This document shows, piece by piece, positions 10,576 through 23,662 of a stretch of 37,446 nt of DNA (the first letter of the stretch is position 1; each line of letters begins with the position of its first letter). Made by a program: the position numbers and the translations under genes. Origin of the DNA: Pelomyxa schiedti (lineage: Eukaryota; Protista; Evosea); the NCBI GenBank assembly GCA_020536535.1, contig JAHLWZ010000445.1, positions 1 to 37,446 on the forward strand. Reading direction: 5' to 3'. Below the pieces are notes generated by a model. It ran no database searches. It was given only the letters and a program-made list of their open reading frames with translations, and had not been told where the DNA came from.

Positions 10576-10917
10576 ATTCACAAACAAATCAAAGGACTTA
10601 TGGGTTGTCCTTGTGAACTCACTGAGTCTGTGCAGACGTAAAAAAAAGTGCTCGCCATAATACGAAAAACAAGAACAAAAACTAGCAAGGAAAAAAAAAG
10701 GAGAGCGATAGCGTATCACCACAACGCAAACGTCACCGTTCTTTCTTTCTTCCGGAAATCAGATTCGTCTAACCTGCAAAATCCACTTCCAGACTCCTTG
10801 ATGGTCTCCAACTGCTTCACACACACCAACGCGTGTCCTCACCATCTTTCCTCCAGCGAAAATAGACGGCAGCGGCCCCCCCAAGTTGGTCTCCACGAAA
10901 AGTAAACAAACCAGCGA

Positions 10918-13138
10918 ATGTGGATGCTTCGCAAGCCGCCTGCTTGCTCACCACAACCGCCACCAGCAAGCTCCACCACCACCACCACCACACACGAGGA
11001 GGTAGATGACGTGGGCGGGGGCAGGGGCGGCGACCCCACGTCCACGTGGACCATCGTAGGCGTCGGCAGCACCAGCAGCAGTAGCAGCAGCAGCCGTGGG
11101 AGCCACCAACAGCACCACGAGGGGGTGAGGAGCAACGTGTGCGGGGAGCCTCGCCCCCCGAGCGCCGCCGCCGCCGCTGCCGTTGCAGCACATGACCAAC
11201 ACCACCACCACGACACCACCACGATGTCGTCGGCCACGCTGGGGAGCTGGGCCACCAGGCGGGCACACGCTTGCGTGTCGGTCACCGTGGCCACCACAAC
11301 CACAACCACAACCACCACCACTTCCAGTGGCCGCAACGGCAGCAACGACGACGACAACGATAGCAGCAGCAGCAGCAGCAGCAACAAGGGAGGACACACG
11401 GCGACATGGCAGGATGGAGCTGGAGGGGGGGCCGTGGACTTGGCGGCCAATGCCACCGCGGCCACGACGACGACTGAGACCACCAGGGGAACCTGTACAT
11501 GTTGTAGTAGTAGTAGCAGCAGCAGCAGCAGCGGCAGCGGCGGCGGAACAGTGAGTGGTGCCAGTGCCCACAGTGGGAGTGGTTCCTCGCAGACAGGTAT
11601 TACTACTAGTACTACTACTTACTTGTAGACATATTAGTAATGGTTGCTTTGATGTGTAATGTCATTGGTGGGGTACAACCAAGATTGGGCGTGTTTGTGT
11701 TTTGTGTCCAACATTGCAGCTAGGTCACCAGCAGAACGGATCATCGTGGCTTCTGCCTTGGTCTTGGTGGTGGTCCCAGCCCACCAAACCAGAGAAGATA
11801 TTTTACAACAAGTCTGAGGTTCGTACCACCCACTTCAAGTTTTGTGAACTAAGTTTTTAGTTTGAGGAGATTCCACCAAAGTTGTATGATATTTTTCTGT
11901 CTGGACTTGCTGCCCCCGAATGCACTTCAATCTGCCGTTCTATTGAATCGTACATTATAAGGACGAAGAGATACCACTTACCAACTTCACAAGGTTTTTA
12001 AAAACCCTGGATACTGAGAAATGTGCCCCAAAGGTTCAGGCATTTATGAGGGTAACTTTTCGAGATCTGGCCCTTATTCTTGGTAAAAATTTTACTGCAG
12101 TCCTTTTGTACGAAATTACTAAAAAGAAAAACTTTACTAAGTTCACGCAGATACGACTGTCTTGAAAAATATGTAATGGACAAACTTTATTCAAGGTATT
12201 TCTGAAAAAATTTTGTTTCTTCCGACGTGCTTCAGAGTGTTTGCACCCGCAGTTGATACGAACAAGGACATTCATTTATTTGAGACGGTAAAACAAATGA
12301 CTTCTCCCATTTTAGGCTTACTTTCCCCACAGATTAGTAAATTAGCGTTCATATTACCCGAACACCTCGATATTCCTCCCTCAAACGTTAACGAACCCGC
12401 CTTGACCAAATGCGGAGAAAGTATTACATTCCGCCAAAAAACCACTTCTCTTATCACTACTAAGTATTATTTCAACTGATGAGTGCCCGATCTCCGCTTA
12501 GTAAAATTTTGGTAATCATAGAATGCTGCAGAAAATTATTTGGTGTGTATATTCCAAAGTGAAATTTTATTTATCGCTCTTAGGAACTCTCCCCAAAAGT
12601 GCTGGCGCCGATGACTTCCTGCCTGTGCTTATTTATACTTTGCTGAGAGTGAATCCTCCCGGATTACATTCAAACATTCAGTAAGGTTTTTCCTTTAAGA
12701 GGGCAAAATCTCCCCTATTCTTAGATACATTGTGAACTTCCGGGCACAAGATAAGATGATTACTGAGGCTGGGTACTACGTTGTAAGGTACACATCACCC
12801 CTAATATTGAGCACTGAAGTTTATGATGTTCTAATCCCTGCAGCCTATACAACGCACTTGCCTTTGTTGAGAGCATCGACGCATCATCACTTACCATTGA
12901 TCCGATTGTGTTCGACAAGTAAGTTCCACCACAACACACTCCCGTACAACTACAACTAAGTTGCGTGTTCAGGAACATAGGGGTATACACCGGCAGTATT
13001 CCTCCAGAGACTGAGGAATCCTGGGTGGTTGTTACTAGTGGTGGAAGCTATGTATCCCCCACTCTTGATGTGGCTCTTGACCACTCTTCTGCATCACATC
13101 ATACCCGTACTCACACAACAACAAACCAATCCTCCTGA
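10918..13138 (+). CDS. VPS9: VPS9-domain Rab5 guanine nucleotide exchange factor with low-complexity N-terminus
   Basis: CLEKYVMDKLYS|RVFAP, ISKLAFILPEHLDIP, SAGADDFLPVLIYTLLRVNPP and NFRAQDKMITEAGYY are VPS9 hallmark motifs. The start codon is uncertain. Confidence 0.88.
10960..11600 (+). repeat. Coding trinucleotide repeat tracts (ACC/ACA, AGC, GCC, GAC) encoding poly-T/S/A/D
   Basis: For example caccaccaccaccacc at ~10973, accacaaccacaaccacaaccaccacc at ~11293, and (agc)n at ~11362 and ~11515. Confidence 0.8.
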
Positions 13139-13371
13139 ATATACACAACAATCAAACACAAGCAAGAAATGTGAATCCAACAATAACGCGTGTAAAATAA
13201 ACTTATTTTTTTATTCAAGTTTTTTTGGTGGGTGTTAGTGTGTTTCTCAAATACAAAACGGCAACAACGGTTGAGCATATAGTTTTGTTGTTGTTGGGAG
13301 AGTGTGTTGTTTTAGTTGGTGGGTCCATAGCCTGCTGGAAATACAAAGCGAAACCGGTCGGGCAGTTGCTT

Positions 13372-15506
13372 TTAGTTACCAAATGGTCCAGGTGAGCCAC
13401 CGGCCTTGAGCGCGGCTGTGGCAACCAGCTTGTATTGATCACCAAGTAACTCTAGTGCCTTGGCTCGCCGGGACTTCACTTCTTTGGGGGATGGAACGCC
13501 GGGAGGGATTTCCATAGCTATTTCACAGACTTCCCGCAATGTGAGCTCAATTTCCAGTTTACCAGCCTTCCACATCATCTTGAGGCCGGCTTTTTTTTTG
13601 TTAATCAACAAGAATAGAGGTGGCAAGTAGTACCCTCAAGTAGCTCTGAATTGGGCGCCTCTTGGCCATTGCGCTCCGCTTGCTCCGCCTGTTACATGTT
13701 TTAGTAGTGTAATATTTTTGAGTAGAATACCCTTTCGTACTGGGATTGGGTTTTGGCTGCTGAGGCAATGGTCGATATTGTCATTTTGGCGAGATGTCCT
13801 TTTTCTTTGATTTCAGAGAGTAATGCGGGTATCCCAAAAAATGAGTCCTGGTGCTGGGTGCCCTCTTTGAAAGTTATTGATTTTCCTTGGTAGTTGAGAA
13901 AAGCCAACCTTGACTATAAACGTAACCAACAAGGTATAACAACTCCGCTCCTCCCGGGGCTTCCACAAGATCCACCGCCTCTTCAGCCAACCGTGCTTTC
14001 AAGCTTCGTGTCTTCGCACTTGTAGTCATTTCTGGTACAATTTCTTTGAAAACCCATTAGGCATGGTAATTAAACGTTAACATACGTTCCAGTTTGGCAA
14101 TCAATTTTGTTGCTAACTCTTGCCTTTTTTGTTGTTTTTTCTGGTCATACTGAGCACGCATCACCATAGGATCAGCATTTTCATCCGCACCGGCAATGTC
14201 CAAGAGGTCTATAAGGGGTGTGGAAAATATCTTTCCGTGTGTTAGAACTTTTTTTGCAGAAAAACGTAGCACACATCGTCAAATTTTCCACCACCAAAGA
14301 GCATTGTGAACAGCTTCAAGTTTGTGAGAAGAGAAAATTGGAAGCGAAAGCTTACTTGTCTGGGATCAGTCATGTCTGCCTCATCCCACACTCCAAGCTG
14401 GTGAAGGAGTAAATAATTCTTGATTCAAAGATTGAGAAATTTACCTTGTCGTATCTTTCTCTTTTTTCGACATCACTGAGTACCTGTGTTTTATGTGAGC
14501 CTGTAATTTATCTGTTCTGAGGTACCTGATACGCTTCTGAGATCATCTTGAATCTATCTTCAGCCTGTGGGTTGTCAGGGTTTTTATCTGGGTGATACAT
14601 TTTTGCCAGACGGTAGTACGCTTTTGTGATTTGGCTTTGAGTTGCGTCTTTAGGAACCTGTGAAGGGTCACTGGAAACCTCGGGAGGCACAACGGGGAAG
14701 GTTACCTCAAGTATGTCATAGAGATTTACGCCTTTTAAGAACTCCGAGGCTGATTTACCAGCACTGCTTGAAGAACTTGATGCAGATGAAGAGCTTGCCG
14801 AGCTTGCTGAACTTGCCGAGGCTGCATGGCTGGGAGGGGGATGCACTCCCACATCATCATCCGGGTCGGGGTACGATGTTGGTGTGCTGGAAGTCGCAGT
14901 GGTTGATTCCGTGTGTTTATGTGGAGGGGTTACACCAACATCGTCATCCGGGTCAGGGTAGTGCATGGGCTCCTATGCATAATTCCAAATGTTAGATACT
15001 AACACATGCTTATTTCTATTCAATAAAACTGGCCAATGCACCAGTGCAACCAAATGCATTAAAAAATGGGGGGGAAAAAAAAAATAGTGTGCGGACTTTC
15101 CTCACTATTTCGTTAACAATGGTAATAACAACAAGCAAAATAAAACTTATATAAGTGTGGGAAAAGGATAAGGTAAGGTAGTATAGTATGACAAGCTCAC
15201 ATCGTGGCCACCACCACCAGCACCATCAGCAGCAGCCGTAGTAGTCGTGGTACTCGTACTCGTACTCGTCGCTGACGACGGGGCTGACGAAGGCGATGAC
15301 GCGGATTTGTTGGAGACAGCAGCCGGGACGAGGCGGCGCTCGCAAACCAGGTCCACCAGGTCGCGCTTCTCTATGCACATCGTGAAGTCGACGCCGTTGG
15401 CCAACAGCAACTCCTTGAGTGCCGACACTGACATCGTCTCGGCGCGGGATCTCGCTTCGGCGTCGCCCCCGCTTCCGTTGCCGCTCGCATCGCCGCCACT
15501 ATGCAT
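13372..15506 (-). CDS. J-domain co-chaperone: N-terminal SAP-like motif, J domain, DnaJ-X domain
   Basis: J domain NLYDILEV|[44 protein letters not shown] with intact HPD. DnaJ-X region: [43 protein letters not shown]. Exon 1 (ATG 15506, aaaaATG) joins in frame via intron 15200..14973. Confidence 0.88.
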
Positions 15507-15768
15507 TTTTTTGATTGTTAGCAGATGGCCTCCAATCTTTGGGTGTCCCAGTGGTACTCTCAATACCAGTCTATGTGCATGCTTACTCGCGTACACAGTG
15601 CTTTGGAAAGTTAGAAGGTCTCAGATTGCCTGGAGAGGTTTTCAGTTTTCAAAGAGTCACTCACGATTGCGTTTCGTTCAATTTTTTTCTGTTTTCTTCA
15701 TCTTGCGCAAGCAACAAAATAAAACAAACCAACCCAACAAACAACCTTTTGACAGCCGGATCTACGAC
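15507..15768. promoter_or_regulatory. Putative bidirectional promoter, DnaJ / cyclophilin
   Basis: 262 bp between divergent start codons, with a CAA-rich leader before the cyclophilin ATG. Inferred from layout. Confidence 0.4.
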
Positions 15769-16552
15769 ATGTCGCGCACACAAGTATTCTTCGACATTAC
15801 CATTGGTGGTCAACCCAAGGGCCGCATTGTCATGGAGTTGTTCAACGATGTTGTCCCCAAGACCGCTGAAAACTTCAGGGCGCTTTGCACCGGCGAGAAG
15901 GGAATGGTACGTTTATCGTTTTTTTGTTGAGAAATTCATTTTATTATGCATTACAACTAAAGTCGATGAGAATAATTATATTATAATATGATAATTTTGT
16001 TTACTTGCAGTAAATTAACTGCGTTTCTGTGCAGGGACGAAGCGGCAAGCCACTCCACTTCAAGGGCAGCATTTTCCACAGGTGCATTCAGGACTTCATG
16101 ATTCAGGGAGGAGACTTCACCCGCTTCAACGGCACAGGAGGAGAATCTATCTACGGAACGTAAGTGAATTGAAATGTCACCCTTTTGCTTAACAACATAC
16201 AGCAAGTTCAACGATGAGAACTTCACCCTTAAGCACACCGGCGAGGGACAGCTCTCCATGGCCAATGCTGGACCCAACACTAACGGATCCCAGTTCTTCA
16301 TCAGTATTTAGCCTTTATTCCACCCGCGTTAACTAATACGTCCCCAGCCACCGTTAAGACCGCATGGTTGGACGGCAAGCACGTGGTATGCTCCGCTCTA
16401 TTGTAATTCCCTGTCACCCCAACTAACCTTGACAAAAGGTTTTCGGCCGCGTAACTTCCGGAATGGACCTCGTCCACGAGATTGAGCGCCAGCCAGCAAG
16501 GTCCGATAAGCCCCTCAAGGATTGTGTCATTGCCAACTGCGGCCAGCTCTAA
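15769..16552 (+). CDS. PPIA: Cyclophilin A-type peptidyl-prolyl isomerase
   Basis: [37 protein letters not shown]; [16 protein letters not shown]; [16 protein letters not shown]; TAWLDGKHV|VFG. The cyclosporin-binding Trp is present. Confidence 0.97.
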
Positions 16553-16689
16553 GCAACATCCCGACATTCATTTAATATGGTCTTTAATTCATTTTGCCAT
16601 CCAACTGAAAAAAAAAAAAGAAAAAATTTTAAACTCTTGATTAGCGACCTACTGTTACAATCCTACAATTTGGTAAGGTGTGTTGTGTG

Positions 16690-17794
16690 TCAATGGTCCA
16701 AGCTTTGCTGTAGAACCTCAGCCATGTCTTGCACTCTTGGGTCAGGTTGTAGGTTTCTGTATGGGTCATGTGGGTCTATGAGCTTGAACAGGTGCATGCC
16801 GAAGTGATGGCCTGATGAGGAATCATAGAGGGGTGTGTCAGTGACATGGACGGGGAGTGGTCCCCTTGGTGTGCTGAAAAGGGTGTCGTAGATATGAGGC
16901 GTCCCTATCGGCACTTCGGTAACGAACTTGGCCCATTCTTCGAAGGTCCTTTGCCGTTCTGATTCAGGCATGAAGGATTCAATGAATGTAGAGTTACAAA
17001 ACGTGGCTACGCCCGGAATCGTGGATTCCCGTACAGTAGGCAATCTGAAAGACGGTGTTAGGAGATACTATGTGGGAGCGTCATCTTATACATATTTTTA
17101 TCTAGGATAGTAATAAGTATAAGAGAGGAAAAAACGCGGAGAAATATTTCTCCTTCTCTTGTGAATGATTTTAGATGTACATTTTAGTCCGCGAGAGGAT
17201 ACTCTCTTATAACTATTTGAGTATCCTTTTACCTTCCTATTTATGTTTCATAAATAGTCATTTGTTTTGTGAACACATTATATATATATATATGGTTTAC
17301 ATTTCGTTCATCTCCAGGAGGTGCCTTCCCACGCTGTTTATGTACACAGGGAAGCATTTGGAGTCCAGAATTAGGAACACGAAGTCGTCCATGCTCTCGC
17401 CGATGCCCCACACCGTTTCCTTGAAATGAGATGCCGGCGATGAAGGCGCCAACGGCGGCGTCGGCGGCGGCACCTGCTGCGCACAGCTCCGCCTCCCATA
17501 ATAAACAAACGACACCGTCATCGCGCCACCCCCCTTACGGTGTCCGCGATGGTGCCGCGATTGTCTCCTGTCGTCGTCCTGTTGTCCTCCGTTCTTGTTG
17601 TTGTTGCTGATGTTGTTGGTGTTTGTGCAGTTTGCGTTTGTGGCAGCGCCAAAGGCTTGGGCAATGGCAATTAGTGTGATGCCACTGTGGCTGGTTGGTT
17701 GTAATGTTGTTAATGCCGTTTGCGGGGGAACGAGGGGGGGAGGATCTTGGGGGCTTTTATTTTCTGGTGGACCACTGGCGGCCATGAGGCGCAT
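16690..17794 (-). CDS. Stand-alone PAS-domain protein with low-complexity N-terminus (2 exons)
   Basis: Intron 17300..17045 joins the two ORFs in frame. ILDSKCFPVYINSVGRHLLEM..FIESFMPESER..YDTLFSTPRGPLPVHVTDTPLYDSSSGHHFGMHLFKLID fits the PAS/PAS_4 pattern. Confidence 0.7.
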
Positions 17795-18188
17795 GTTGCT
17801 GTTGTGTGTTTGCGGACTGGGTTTTAAGGATTATCTTTGGCGTTTGGCTTGTTGTTTTGTTAAATAGGTAGTATTGCTGTCGTGTTGTGTAATTAATTAA
17901 CACCAAAACTGGCAGGAAAGGAAAACGGCGCAGAGCAAGCGAAAACGTTCTTTGGCTGTGATTGCTGCTAACCCGATCTGTCTGTGGAAATCACTGCTGC
18001 GAATGTACCCCGACACAGTTGATTCTTACTTTCTTTACAAGGACCATTCTCAGTGATTATCAAAGGTGTCTCGCTGTTCAGGGTGTAAATGTGGGTGAGA
18101 AGGTAATTCCCAGACGAGGATTCGCCCCCGATGTTTCGTGGATGTTGTTTTTGCGTTTGGCGTGACTGTCACAAACGCCTTGGGCTGT

Positions 18189-21100
18189 CTAGGATTTGTT
18201 ATTGTTGTTGCTGTTGGGGATGGTGAGGTTGGTTGATGACGCGGATGTGATAGGGTGAGAGCCAACAGCTTCATTTATTTTCTGAAGGTGCTGTGTGATC
18301 CAAGTCAGTTTATTTGGGAATAGAGTTCGGATGTAAAATACCCTCAAAGGAGACCGGCCGAATATGAACCTGGTCTGCAGCTTCCTGGGGCTCTGGTTCT
18401 CGTCATCATCATTGTCAACTTCATCATCAGCCGGCAGCAGGATTCCTGATGTTGATGACGTGGAGTCCATCACATCAGCTTCAGGGTCACCCTCACATGA
18501 GCCATAGTCCATGTCAGAATCATCACCGGTAGTGGTGGCTAGTGCTGTTCCTATGCCGGCTCTGGTGTCCTCGTCGGCGATGGGTGGGTCATCATCACCA
18601 TCCTCTGGTTTGTTGATGAACAGTGCTGATGATGCGGGTGTGTTTTCCGGTGCTGCTGCTGTGGTTGCTGTTGTGGAAGTTCCCTTTTCTTCTGCTGCTA
18701 TGGATTTGGAGATGTGATTCCAATAGTCCGACATGTAGGGTATATAGACTTTATTGTAGAATTCGATAATATCTCCCCACTTCCCCTCATTGATAGGTAT
18801 GCATGTAACTATCTAAGGGGTGTAAGAATAAATGGAACGGGACCAAAATGCTGTAGCGCACCTTCTCTGAAGAGAACGGTAGGGTTTTAAGGTATTGGCC
18901 CACAAGTTCGGTGAACGTCAGCTTCGCTTTCATAACTTTGCAGACTGCATAAAGGCTGGAAAGGATAATGTGATCAACGTGTCTATCAAGCATCAGCCTG
19001 GGATACTGCAATATGAAAGCAACGGCCGACAGAACCTGAAGTTGAGTTAGAGGTTTGAGATGGAGGAGATGAAATAATAAAATTGAAAAATTTTTAATTT
19101 TTGTAGTGAATACAATACATGCTGCACTGCATCAAGACTCAATTTTAGTCCCTCCACTAGAGTTCTTGTCCGGATGAAGGATAGCTTCGCAACTTTTTGG
19201 AGAAATGCCTTTGCATGTTGAAAAAAAAACAGGGGATTAATGACATACCTTAACAATGAACAATTTTGATCCAGGTGGTGATCCTGTGGTGTGGGTAATT
19301 GTAAAAAAAGAAAAGGTAAAATTGTACCAGAGGTTTGGTTGAATTTTTTGCCCAGTGATTTTTGTGGACTGCTCAGTATATCCCATCTTAGTTGAGGATT
19401 CTTGGGAGGCATACCTGCACTGGTAATGCCGGGAGAGGTTGGGGGTAAGGAAACTGCTGCCGGTGAGCTTGAAGTATTCGATTCGAGTGGTACTGTGGAT
19501 GGTGGCATGGTTATATCAATTGCTAAGGATCCGGAATGCCAGCCTTCAGAGAGAAGGATGAGGTCGTGGGTACGCTCAATGTACGATTTGAGATCTTTTG
19601 GAAGTACTTCCTATTTATAATTTCAGTTGTTTCACATATGCACAGTAGCTCACCCACTGTAATCTGGCTATCTCCGGTAGTACTGAAGCTACTACTATGC
19701 AGTCAATTGACCAAATTTGTAAAACATCAGTGAACTTGACTTGTAATATGTACACATATGCTACAATAATGGCACAAATGCAGGCAATGCTCTGAAGGAA
19801 GTCTTTGTTTAAAAGCATTCTGGCACTATTATGTGGCTATGCGTGGAATGAGTTTCACTGTAGTACAATTAGGATGTAACCTCTCTATTTGATTCCAACT
19901 CTGACGCAAGGATAGACTCCAATAGCCTGTTTATGGTAAATCATGTTGAGGGAAAAAGGTGGATACATGTAAAATAATCTCGTTAAACTGAATGAATGCT
20001 GGATAAAGTGCTGTCCAAGTTCATTCGATGTCAAAAGGGGATCTAATTGCCTTCAGGGGAAAATAAACATGCTCCAGTAGTAAAAACCAAAATATATGGA
20101 ATGCAAGACATTCAGTGAGCTTGAAGGCAGATAACCCGCAGATCGTGCAAAACCTACAAAGTGATTGCTTGGATTTGGCGCCTGGGGGAAAGTCAATGAT
20201 TATCACCGAAGTGTTGAATACCCTATTTAACAGGATGGATTGAAGCCAGGAGGGAGTAGCAAGAGAAAAATGTTCGCCATTCATTGTAGTACAGTATGTG
20301 GGAGTGCTGGAATCTAATACACTTAGATGAGTAGTCGTGCCTATGCTGGCCTCATATGCACAGCTGCCACCTTGCACAATTTCAGGAGCACCAGCAGAGA
20401 ACGTATTCCCAAGCAATTCGCTAGTTTCACAAGTGTTGCCGTCATCATAAGAGGGGTTCAATGGTAGAGGTTGCAACTTTTGCAGTGGATAAGGACTGAG
20501 TCCTGTGAGTAATTAATTATAAACAACGTTCGGGAAAAAATTTCACCGTTAGGGTTTGGGTCATCAAAAGCTAGTTCCGTTCCTATTGAAAAATTATGTG
20601 AAGGAATAGTTACGTAAGTGTAATACCGAACAATAAAAGATATTCATTCAAATCCCCTGTAGTTCTAAATTGTAGTCGAACTTCATCTACTAGAAGATCG
20701 CGATTGCTGGGAGTGAGTTCACACACTGGTACCAGAACACTAGGATAGAAGTAGGTATTTTGTCTATTTTTTGAGGTCCCCTCCCCGTCTCCTATTTCAT
20801 CTCTCCTTATCCATTACGTACCCCTCTGGAGTTTGAAGTAATCGTATTCCCAAAGATCTTCCCATCTAATTAAGTAAGACAAATTAGAGAAGGTCGATGA
20901 GATACCAAGCTACCTCAGACAATAGATCAGCAAAAGTGCCACGGAGTACGGTACTTTTTATAAGAGGTTCTAGCTCGACAAGCTTACTGGAGACAATTAA
21001 CATGTCAGTTAAGCTGGAAGCGTCAAACTCTAACAATTCCCGTTGAGAAAATCAATCAAAGGTAAGTGCAAGCATACTGCACTTTCTTAATGCGAGGGGG

Positions 21101-23554
21101 CTCTGATATATTACACTGTACAATACGTAAATCAAAAAGCCTAAGCATTGTCCCATTTGAGGTGAATCCTTCAGTTTGTACCCTATCAAACTAATGAGGG
21201 AGGTACCGCAACTTGACAACACAGGAATACTTTTGGCAAGAACAAAAAACGCCCACCCAAACTGAAAGAACACATCTTCAAGACTCTCGGCTTGCTGCCT
21301 AGGTGTTGGGATTATAAGTGCGGCAAGGGTTGTGGTGACTAGGAATACCTAGTGGAAGTCGAACAGACCAAAAAACAGGAAAAGGTGTCTTTATAAAGGC
21401 CCACTAACTTTTTGGCAATCTCCCAATTGCTTGAAATGCTCTACTTTATTTAGTGGAGAAGCTTATCAAGAGGCATACCATTACTGCCTGGTGCAAGTAA
21501 GAGCCTCCAATGATTTGAAGGAATTGATCCATATAACTCAGGAAGGAGTTTAAACTGATTGAGAATAAGGATACTAAAATTAGGAAAAAGAGGCGTGCCC
21601 TAAGCTGAAGTACTGCAGTAAGTCAGACAGTTGCAGTTCGGTTTCTACGTCAATATTTTGGGTGGGGTCATATTTGGAGTTTCTTTTCCATCGCGCACGT
21701 ACAAAGCGTTTCATCCCATAATAGCACAGCAAACAGCAGACGTAAATGTGTTCGGGGATTCCACAGGATTCGTACTGAATGGGTAAGTTCGCCCCTTTAC
21801 TGACATATAATCATTATTCATACTTGATAACGTGTCATGGCTTGCTCCACAATCATCCCTAGAGGTTGGCTGACTCTGAAATGTTCCAGCACACTAGGAA
21901 GGAACGCTTGACCGCCAAAAGAATACGAAACGGGAGTCAGGGAGACTGGTGGCCTCGCCATAACCTCTGGGGCTGCCTGAATTGCAGGTGTTGGAAGACA
22001 AGCCGCCGTGGTGGCGATACCATAGCCTTGGGTTGCCAGCATGTCCATTTGGACTTTCATCCTTTCCTCCAATCTCCGCCTCACAATATCTTGTTGCTCT
22101 GGCGGCATTTGCTGTTCCTGGCTAACATGGTCCTGTGGAACTGGGAATTCGCGAACCGGGTCATGCTTCTCCCTCTGTTTCGGCTCATTCACTTGGGTTA
22201 TGACACAGTCCTCCTGCTCTCGCTTAACTTGAATACGCTGTGGTGCAGAAGCCCTCGAATTTCTCATGTCATTGGCATCGGCGGCAACACCACCACTACC
22301 ACCTGATTCTCCATCTCTTGAGGGCCCATTTTCCCTCGTATTTTGTGGTTGCACAATCTCCACTCGCGTTACCTGGATGGGTACAGGAGGCACGGGTATG
22401 GGTGTGGGTACAGATGTGGATGTGATGGAACTAGACACATTTGCCCCTGTTACTTGCCGCGGCTGCTGTGGCTGTGGTTGTGACTGTTGTGTTTTCTGTT
22501 GAGGTTGTTGTTGCGCTGGGGGTGTTGATATGTTGGGGCCATCCTGCTGTGTCTGTTCGCTAATGTCCTCACGCTCACGTTTGCATTTGGTTGCCGCAGG
22601 TGTGGGTCCCAGTGTAATGCAGGTAGTATTTGTGGTGCTTTGTGTGCCCACAGAAGCCGTTCCACTTCCACAGTACTGCTGTTGCTGTGAATGTGTTTGT
22701 GATTGTGATTGTGATTGTGGTTGTAGTTGTTGGATCAGCTGAATGTAGGGCTGTGCGGCGGTTGTGCTGGTCACCGTGATCACCCCGCCACAACCGCAAC
22801 CACCACCGATCACACTTGTTGATGCTGATGCTGCTGCTGCGGTGGTGGTGGCGTCGCCAATGGGCATTGGAATCGGGGCGATGTACCCCTCGTTGTTGTT
22901 GGCGTAGCCACTGCTGCCACCACTGGTGCTGGTGGCCGCGGCGCCTTTGGCCGGTGTGGGCGCGGGGGCGGGGGCAAGGGAGGGGGGAGGAGCGGCCGGC
23001 GGGGAGAGGAAGTGGTGGTTGTGCGTGATCGGCGTGAACAGCTCGCACTGCATGGCGGGGGCGGGCACGGTGCGGGCCGTGGCCCAGGGGTCCCGGTACA
23101 TCCCCGCCTCGTGGTGCTGCCGCCCCCCCGGTCCTCCCCCTCCCCCACCTCCCCCTCCTCCCCTTCCCGCTCCTCTGCCGCCGCCTCCGGTTCCGGTGCA
23201 TGCACCTCTGCCGCCGCCGGTGGAGGACGCTGGGCCGGGCGGGGGTGGGGGCTGCGTGGGGGGGGGATGGTACACGACGATCGGGGGAGCGGGGCTGGGC
23301 ACGGAGGACACGGGGGACAATGCCACTTGGTGCTGGTGTGTGATGTGCTGCACGTGGGTCTGTGCCGGGGCAACACCAACCGTGGTCGTCGTGGTCGTGG
23401 TCGCTGCTGTACCGTGTTGCTTTGGTTGTTGTTGTTGTTGTTGGGGCGGTGGTTGCTGGGGAGTAGGATTCCGGTTGATTATGACGGGACTGGATGGTGG
23501 TGGTGGTGTAGACGATGAAGGGGGCACAACCACAGCCGCTATTTGCCGCTGCAT
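18189..23554 (-). CDS. RB1: Retinoblastoma family pocket protein with very long disordered N-terminal extension
   Basis: RB-N: HIYVCCLL..LSDLL, FQFGWAFFVLAK. Pocket A: SWLQSIL, FLQSIACIC..IERTHDLILLSEGW. Pocket B: LMLDRHVDHIILSSLYAVCKV..LTFTELVGQY, DIIEFYNKVY. C-terminal FIFGRSP..KINEAV. ORF 21818..23554 splices in frame (CAA|gtatga...cag|TAC) into RB-N. Confidence 0.88.
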
Positions 23555-23662
23555 CGTATCGCTTCTTCAAACGAAAATGCGTCTCGATCTGCGATCTATT
23601 AAAAAAAAACCCCACGAAGCAAAGCAGGAACTGATGTTGTGATCGATGATTTGGGTGTTTTG

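Noticed and set aside
18900-18990. Rb pocket inactivated by Ser at the position of human Cys706
   Set aside because: The change is conservative and the neighbouring LxCxE-cleft residues are conserved.
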